DNA from: Octopus sinensis
Taxonomy: Eukaryota
Assembly: GCF_006345805.1 (NCBI RefSeq)
Contig: NC_043015.1
Span: 2,356,001 to 2,420,000, forward strand
DNA length: 64,000 bases
Reading direction: 5' to 3'
Below the pieces are notes generated by a model that was not told where the DNA came from, made no database searches, and worked only from the letters and a program-made list of their open reading frames with translations. This document shows positions 55,671 through 64,000 of this stretch, piece after piece. Each line of letters opens with the position of its first letter. Position 1 is the first letter of the stretch. Both the position numbers and the translations under genes were made by a program.

Positions 55671-55986
55671 TAAAATCTGCACATAAACCATATATTCCCA
55701 TAATCACCTTCGTATTTCATATCAGTATCGTTTCGACACCTTGTAGTAGCATTGAAACCAGCAGTCAAATATACAAATGTTAGCTGGAAACCAACAGACA
55801 AGGAGCAGGTATGAAACAGCGTAAGGTGTCAATTACAGTAACCCCTGCTTAATATTCAAATCTGACAACATCTAATACAAACTGAATAGTATTAACTTCT
55901 AGTTACACACCTAGGAATACAGAGAAGAATGTATGTATAAATTATTCATATTATGTGTACAGTGACACACACGCATATATATACAT

Positions 55987-56052
<66 letters not shown>

Positions 56053-57394
56053 TAATGTATTATACATGCCATATATATACATATATTATACATATATATA
56101 TATATATATATATAATAAATGTATTATAAATATCATATATATAACATATATTATACATATATAAATATATACATAATGTATTATACATACCATATATATA
56201 CATATATTATACATATAAACTAGTAAGGCCTGTGGAAATTGAACAGAACTGAAAAAAATAAGAGTAACTATTTAAAAAAGAAAAGATGATTTTTTATATT
56301 TATTTTGATAAGGTATCCGACTTGCAGTATCAATAATATACTATATGATTTTAAAATTGTCCGCTACTAACCACATTATATTTCTCTTAACCTCTACTTC
56401 TTAGCGAACCTTTCAACCATGTATTTCCCCTCTTCATGTCTTTAACAATTCTCTCTTTCTTTGCACCTTTTTATCCTCACCATATAGCACGCCATTAACA
56501 CTTCTCTCTCGCAGCTTTCTTTCACTATCTTTTTCACTCTCTCTTTGTTTCTTCCTCTTCGACTAACCACGTGATGCATTTGACCTTCGTGTTTAATTAT
56601 ACTCCTCCGGGCTTTTTTTCTTTACTCACATTTCACCCGCTTCTCCCTCTCACACATTCACTTTATCTCTGCAACTAACTAAACTAAAAGTACAACGGCC
56701 GAACTAACACGCAGATCTTTATATAGATGATATTATACATATATCTATATGAGTTGGATAAATAGATAGATAGATAGGTACATATGTGTTAGATAGTTCG
56801 TGTGAGCATCGACACAGCTCTGCAGGTGTGTATGTGTGTATGCATATGTGTGTTTATGTGGGTATGCCTCTGTGTGTTTATGTGTGTGTATTTTGGTGGT
56901 ATGTGAAAATAAGTCAAGTAATATCTACTTTGACAACGAGTTGTATAACGGGAAATGAGAATAAATAAAGAAGTATAAACCAGAAACCTCAACGTAAGAT
57001 ATCGTGTAAACCCAAAGCTTTCACTAAATGCATGTACATGTGATAACTGACGTCATTTCAAAAGCTAAAATTCAAAAATTTAGGTTTCTAGTCTTTTTAT
57101 ATGATAAAATTTTTTTTCGTTAATAATTCGTTTCCGAAAAATTAATCTCATTCGCTATTAACAAATTATTTGCTATTTATTTCGCTTTTCATACGCTATA
57201 CAGATTTCAATGAATTTTGTTTCCATCAGACATTCTCTTTTAAGCTAAAAGATGCTGATTTATGCAAGAAAAATTATATAATAATCAATGAAAAAGAAAT
57301 TTTCGTACACGCATTCGTATTAAACTGAAAATTATACAGATAACTAAACGCATGTATTCATTCATGTATAATATATATATATATATATATATAG

Positions 57395-57453
<59 letters not shown>

Positions 57454-57566
57454 AACTACATAAATGCCACAACGAAGTACCGATATTTTATTTACTTTTA
57501 TATGTATAATTTTACCCCCACGGGCTATCCTTACTGGAAAGCAATACTCTCGTATTGCATTACTAT

Positions 57567-57602
<36 letters not shown>

Positions 57603-57759
57603 TATATATATATATATATATATATATGTATACAAGTATCTATGCATGTATGTATATTTGCTTACATGAGCGTATTATACATAATGGCTGCATTTTCATG
57701 GCGAGTATGCTTCCTCGTTCTCTTAAATAGGGAGAGATCGGATACAGTTTTGAAACACA

Positions 57760-58000
57760 TTGATGGTTGGATTTAAACTACATTGCACAGATCTGTCAAT
57801 GATGGACATCAGTTGCAATAGGACTATTAGCAATATTCTATGTAAAATGGCGTATGACGCAGACGATTCTGTCATTCTCGCCACCCATAGTACGGTTTTA
57901 ATGTACCAATCTGAACATGGTAAAGCCTATTCTGAGACATTTATGAGTGTATGAATTCCTGTATTTAAGGAGTTCTGCACGTAGCTTGCACGATGCGGCA
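57760..58000 (+). pseudogene. Possible ancient LINE RT fragment
   Basis: ISNILCKMAYDADDSVILA resembles the (L/Y)ADD.V.LA catalytic motif. Confidence 0.25.
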
Positions 58001-58590
58001 AAACGTATAACCGGCATCTTATCATTTTCAAGATTTCTGTGATGAAATTACCCCCGCCTTATGTCCTTATTTAAAGAAACACGACGATAGATGTTACATG
58101 TTTATCCGGTTTTGCACCAACGTCAAATTAAAGTTAAAGGAGCATCGCTCTTGAGCTTTGCATGGACGATAGAATTTCATTCGATTTCCGTTTTACAAGG
58201 AGTATCTACCATAAAACTACGATATTTTTCTCACCCGTTATGAAATGGCATTCGTAATGTAGCCCGTATCCCTTCAATTTTGTTTTGTTCACTGATCTAT
58301 CATACTAGACTACACCATCATAAGTCTTAGAGATCCGACCTCATACACTCACCACCACAATCAGCGATAATATAATATACCTTCTATATTGGTAGGCTTA
58401 CTTTCTGGAGATCTTCAAAACATTAAAGAAAGTTTACAACCGGATACACTTTATCCTATGGATACTTTGTTTCTTAACACATGCAGGCTTTTCTTATATC
58501 TGAGGTTAATACCCAACTCATATTTATATAGAAAAGAGAAAGACAAATCATATGATTTTTAGACCTAAACTTTGCGAGACATTAATATAT

Positions 58591-58820
58591 ATTTCTTTAC
58601 TACCCACAAGGGGCTAAACACAGAGTGGACAAACGAGGACAGACAAACGGATTAAGTCGATTATATCGACCCCAGTGCGTAACTGGTACTTAATTTATCG
58701 ACCACAAATGATGAAAGGTAAAGTAGAGCTCGGCGGAATTTGAACTCAGAACTCAGCAGCGGATGAAATACCGCAAAGCATTTCGCCCGGCGTGCTAACG
58801 TTTTTGCCAGCTCGCCGCCT
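58591..58820 (-). mobile_element. SINE family A with perfect 17-bp TSD
   Basis: GCGAGACATTAATATAT at 58574-58590 and 58822-58838. Confidence 0.95.
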
Positions 58821-59131
58821 CGCGAGACATTAATATATCTAACTTTCCGATTACATTACTGGCTATAAGCAGTGTCAGGTGAACAAAACTACGTAAATAC
58901 AGGAATCCATACACAATCAGCAAATGCTGTCTACACACATAAATGCCTCAGAATACGCTTTACTTTGTTCAGATTGATACATTAAAACCGTAATTTTGAG
59001 CGGCATGGTGGAGCATAACACTTTGCCTACAACTGATGGAACAAATATACTCGGTGTCAACCTTGCTTCCTCTCCTTTTACTCAGAATCACATTCAGTGA
59101 TTCATTTCAACTATTTTGGACACGTTCTTCA

Positions 59132-59226
59132 ATGATTTGTAGACCTAAACATTTGTGAGACATTAATGATGTATTTGGAACGTTAAATACATTAATGTCT
59201 CACAAATGTTTAGGTCTACAAATCAT
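59132..59226. repeat. 95-bp hairpin with perfect 37-bp arms
   Basis: ATGATTTGTAGACCTAAACATTTGTGAGACATTAATG (59132-59168) / CATTAATGTCTCACAAATGTTTAGGTCTACAAATCAT (59190-59226). Confidence 0.95.
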
Positions 59227-60401
59227 AAGATTTGTCTTTCTTTCTCTTTTCTCTTTTCTATATAATTGTGAGCTGTTCATTAACCACAGATATATGAAAA
59301 GCCTGTATGCGTTGAGAAACAATGGATCCATATTTCGCATTAATTTGGATTACGTTGAAAAGATCTTCATTCTTATACTTCAAAATTTCATCACAAGGAT
59401 TTTAACAAAATTACAGGAAGTTTAACAAAATTTAACTTGTATGTAAACGTTTCCAATTTTTCAGTGGATGGGGTTTCAAAATGAAAAAGACATAAACCTA
59501 AGATGCTATATCTGAACGTTCGCTAAAGTATCGTTGCTACATGAAATGACTTTGAAGCAATCTTTTGCCAGCTACAGTTAGCAGAGCTGTAACAAGAACA
59601 AGAGCAGAATAAGTCTCATAAACGTGACGCAAGAAGAAATGCAGAAACTACCTATAAACGTATATGACTTCATTTCTGCTGAAAAAAGTTACAATGAAAA
59701 TGATTAGGTGTACATTCAATTAAATGATATCTCGCTTCATTCATTTTAGATAAATGATGGGTTGATTTCTGTTAAAAATCGTTTTGTCTCTACTTTTCTT
59801 AGAGTTTCAAAGCATTTTTTCTGTATTGCATTCATTTTAAGAGTAAACACTCTGAGGTATACAAAGCAAAGCATGGACATGATTGATAAATGAATTTAAG
59901 CATTCGTTCTCGTATCGCATTTATACCAAATGTTATGCATACACATATAAATACATACACGCAATAAAATATGCATACCAATTTATTTTCTCACACAAAT
60001 ATATTCATACATGCATGTCTGTAAGCATGTATGTATATATGCATGTTTGTCTGTATGCATGTTTGTATGCATGTGTGTATGTATGCATGTGTGTATGTAT
60101 GTATGCATGTATGTATCTGACTATCTAGTTATTTGTTTATAAATCATTTATCTACCTACCGACATGAAGGCCTACCTACCTACCTACCTACCTATCTATC
60201 TGTCTATTTCTCTGTCTATATATATTGATATATATATAAATTGAGAAATAGAAAGATGGACAGGTAAATATACCTTCATATACATGCATATATATATGTT
60301 ACTATGTGTGTATGTTTGTATATATGCATGCACATATATATATATTTATTATATATCTACATATGTATATACCTATACACACACACAACACAAACACACA
60401 C

Positions 60402-60477
<76 letters not shown>

Positions 60478-60798
60478 TGCATTTCCATATCCATATAATT
60501 CTTTGAGCCTGTATACTTTAAACACCTTAAAGGTTTCTCCAGTTTATAGGCATACATGTAATTCGGGACATCAGACGGAATGTCAATCGGCAAAAATGCT
60601 ATGAAGTAGAATATTAAGAGTTTGGAAAATAAGAATACTGATAGCTGGAAATGAAGTATAAGACACTGGCGAATTTCATAACATCAATAAACGAATTCTC
60701 CGAAATATACAACATTTCAAGGAAAACTAAGGAATCAACTTGAAAAATCTTGCTATTTTTGAAAAATATGAACGTATACAATAAGAAAATAAAACAAT

Positions 60799-60910
60799 TA
60801 TACAATACAGCTGATAAACTTTTAATAACACCTTTGGTGACGTATTCATGTCATATGGCATGAATACGTCACCAAAGGTGTTATCAAAAACGTATCAACT
60901 GTATTGTATA
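60799..60910. repeat. 112-bp palindrome
   Basis: Perfect inner arms ATAACACCTTTGGTGACGTATTCATG / CATGAATACGTCACCAAAGGTGTTAT, imperfect outer arms TATACAATACAG / CTGTATTGTATA. Confidence 0.95.
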
Positions 60911-61042
60911 CTTTCTTAGAATTATTTTATTTCCGTCTTCACAAATATTGGCCAGCCGGTCGAATTTTTGAAGGCATAGGAATTACCCTCCCGCACCTAC
61001 TTATATTTCCTTCTCTTTAATCTATGGGGACATGGCTAATTT

Positions 61043-61392
61043 GTGAAAGAGCATGGCTTGGGGTGGTTAGAACCTCGAACTTAAGATCATGAGGTTGTGA
61101 GTTCGATCCCCGGACAGGGCTGCGTGTTGTGTTCTTGAGCAAGACACTATATTTTACGTTGCTCCAGTTCACACAGCTGTAGAAATGAGTTGCGACATCA
61201 CTGGTGCGAAGCTGTATCGGACTTTTTCTTTCCCTTGGACAACATCAGTGGTGAGGAGGGGGAGGCTGGTATGCATGAGCAACTGCTGGCCTTCCATAAA
61301 ACAACCTTGTCTGGACTTGTGCCTCGGAGGGTAATTTTGTAGGTGTAATCGCAAGGTCATTCATGACCGAAGTGGGTCTCCTCCTCCTCCTC
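61043..61392 (+). mobile_element. tRNA-derived CORE-type SINE, family D, (CCT)n tail
   Basis: GCATGGCTT...GTGGTTAG, GAGTTCGATCCCC (B-box), TTCTTGAGCAAGACACT (CORE-like), tail CATTCATGACCGAAG.GGGTCT(CCT)n. Confidence 0.85.
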
Positions 61393-62337
61393 ATGCCTAT
61401 TTTTTATGGAATCGAGTAATACTACATGTCATGATTTAGTATAACGTTGTACATTATGTGTAATGGAAAATAGAAAGTGAATCTAGTGGTGTTTGAATAA
61501 TGGCATCTTGCATAACAAACCCATTTTTGTGACAGAGATAAATCGAAATTTCGCCTAAAGTCATAAGCTTGCCGAATCACATGTATTCATCAAATATTTG
61601 ATATGTGGTTCATCGTAGTGTACGTTTTCCTTATTTATAACTGTCTTTGTTCCATTCTGGTCCCTTCAAAAATATTGAACCGACATTTAGTAGATATGTG
61701 GTTATATTTTTGCCCGGAAACACGTTCGAAAGTATATCCAATGTATATTGATAACTGACGTGTTGAATTGTACATTAAGATAACAATACTTCTAATATAC
61801 AGATGTTGCAAATCAAATAGCGTTGAATATAAATATAGCCCACTTGAAATCCGATCGAATATATTGAAGATGAATAGTGACTTATTAGCATTTTTAAGTA
61901 TATCAGATATTTGTAGAGTATAATGTTATATCATGGATCCTATGCTACAAAGTTTGCTTCGTCTTATGTTGATCGGAAGGTGTGGTGCAAATGTGAGTAT
62001 GCTGTGCTATTTGAAGCAAATATAATGAAGTCATAGTGGAGAATTTGTTTTCTATCATACTTAGTTACGTCGAGATGTCAAAGTGCTTTGCACGCTGGAC
62101 AAGATCTTTGCCGGTATTTCGTCCGTTCAGATTCCATCTAGTTTGATTTTGTATTTCATCCATTCGGAACAACAAGGGTGAATAAATTATTGATTAATTA
62201 GTTATTTTTTATCAAATCTTTTAAAAAATTTAGATTAAAAAAAAATATGGGAACTTACTTGCCAACCTAATATATATATCTATATATATGCATGCATATA
62301 TTTATAGTTATACGCACACATACACACACACACACAC

Positions 62338-62339
<2 letters not shown>

Positions 62340-62387
<48 letters not shown>

Positions 62388-62505
62388 CATACTATACATA
62401 CATATGTATACATATATATATAAATAAATATATATATAATATATATACATACTATACATACATATGTATACATATATATATAAATAAATAAATAAATATA
62501 TATAT

Positions 62506-62571
<66 letters not shown>

Positions 62572-62585
62572 ATATATATATACAT
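62340..62585. repeat. (TA)n array with an internal ~60-bp direct repeat
   Basis: ATATATACATACTATACATACATATGTATACATATATATATAAATAAATA occurs twice (about 62382 and 62442). Confidence 0.9.
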
Positions 62586-62779
62586 GTATTCACAGACACG
62601 CGTGAGCATAGAAACATAAAAACACAAACACACAAACACTCACAAATTTTTTTCTAAACATTTTATAACCAGTGACTTTGTAGATTACAATATTGTGATA
62701 AATATTTATTCCATGAATTACAATTTAACGCTGATTGGCAAATTGGCAACATACTGTCTTGTGGATATTGTAATCGATT

Positions 62780-63250
62780 CAATGTGTACGTCCATGAGAC
62801 AAATGGTTTTTCCATAGAGAAGACACACACTGAAGAAGATGTCTGACATACTTTTTAGTTTCATTGAAGAATGTAATGTATATCCGGATGCCAGTCTTGT
62901 CTGGGGTCATTCACTCTGATTCTATACGTCGCTGTAGCTTAAAGTTTGATATTGTTTAAGAGACATCACTTTATATATTTTTTCTATGAAAATACAGTGT
63001 CTTATAATATAAACGCAGTCAATACAAGAATACAAATGGTGAAAACCGATTTTATCTTTATGAAATAGATATAGAAATAACGGGTTTTGTTATTTATAAA
63101 CATCAGGCACTATGTCCTGGCAATGATAGACTTTTCGCTTCCTTCTCTTGGTTCCCCAAGTTTAACAAAATTAATGCAACTGAAAACAGGGTATCATATT
63201 CCTTCTATTTTTAAATGAAGATCTAATGTCCTATCCCGATATGATGTTAT
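62780..63250 (-). pseudogene. Possible ancient RTE-like RT remnant
   Basis: Minus-strand IGFHHLYSCIDCVYIIRH...IEK and KTGIRIY....ETKKYVR weakly match GF...RS.ID.IF.LR..IEK / YGIP...TK..VR. Confidence 0.25.
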
Positions 63251-63799
63251 GAAATACATATTCCTTGGCGGTATTATTTCTATTGATTCATTACTCACCA
63301 AATGTTGGATTAGAGTCGATTGTAGAGGGGTATCCTGGCGAGGTATTAATTACAATTGATATCTATCCCTTTTGCAAACACTACCGAAAAGAATTCCACT
63401 GAAGGAAGCTAAATGTCTATGAATATGTATCTGTTTATTTAGGTTTTTACGCGTTCATTAGGTAGTCTGGTAATGAATGATTCTCCGTCGACTGCCTTTG
63501 CGGCTAGGAACAATCTGGATTATATTATAGAAATTGGTGTTCAACAATTATCTCTGTAGAAGAAGTAGAGGTAAACAGTTATTGATGAATTTGATAAAAA
63601 TGAAGTCGGACGTTTAAAAACTATAAGGAAGATACAGTGATAGTCGTTGTGGTTGCAATTTTTTTATTACGTTTAATTTGTTATATTCATTTCATCGCAT
63701 AGTCATTTCTAATCAGTTACTGTAATGAAAATGTAATAAACTGAAAATGTATAACCTACATCCTGCTAGCATAGGAATAAATATTATAACCATTGGCAC

Positions 63800-63985
63800 A
63801 TGCGTGGCGCCTTGGTAAGATTGTTGCTATTCAGCTACATAGCTCTGATTCTTTTCCATTGAGTAGAATATTGCGCGGGTGTCTTCAACGATGACAGCGG
63901 TCGACCAGTCTTGTGGGAGTATTTGGGGGAAGAAATTTAGGCGTAGCATATTGTGCGTGTGTAAGTATGTTTGTCTGTGTGTATG
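63800..63985 (+). mobile_element. Old SINE B-like head fragment
   Basis: GCGTGGC...TGGTAAG..GTTGCT...GGGTGTCTTC...GGTCGACC. Confidence 0.45.
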
Positions 63986-64000
63986 TGTGCATTTGAATGT

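Overview
Very AT-rich, microsatellite-saturated animal genomic DNA. The SINE families suggest a cephalopod, most likely Octopus (inference from recalled repeat consensus sequences, not checked by search). I found no convincing host-gene exon, so the window looks intergenic or intronic. Nearly all ORF-track entries are (TA)n/(CA)n/(GATA)n artefacts. Recognisable content is mobile DNA: (i) a nearly intact, 5'-truncated Neptune-type Penelope-like element (RT + GIY-YIG, 16622-20345) with ~830-bp inverted pseudo-LTRs; (ii) many tRNA-derived SINEs of about four families; (iii) decayed Chapaev3-like, hAT-like, Tc1/mariner and Helitron remnants; (iv) CR1-like and R4/Dong-like LINE fragments; (v) several foldback or hairpin elements. 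The most interesting signal is a set of type I hammerhead ribozyme (HHR) motifs. One canonical, apparently intact HHR (27002-27066) lies in a non-coding element with a ~507-bp monomer in a partial-tandem plus inverted arrangement between (TA)n tracts (26316-27225), resembling a retrozyme or non-autonomous Penelope derivative. A variant-core HHR (U3-A8 swap plus A13C) is present in both Penelope pseudo-LTRs, and a decayed HHR lies at 41456-41510. All alignments and translations were done by eye; coordinates are approximate to a few bases unless motifs are quoted.
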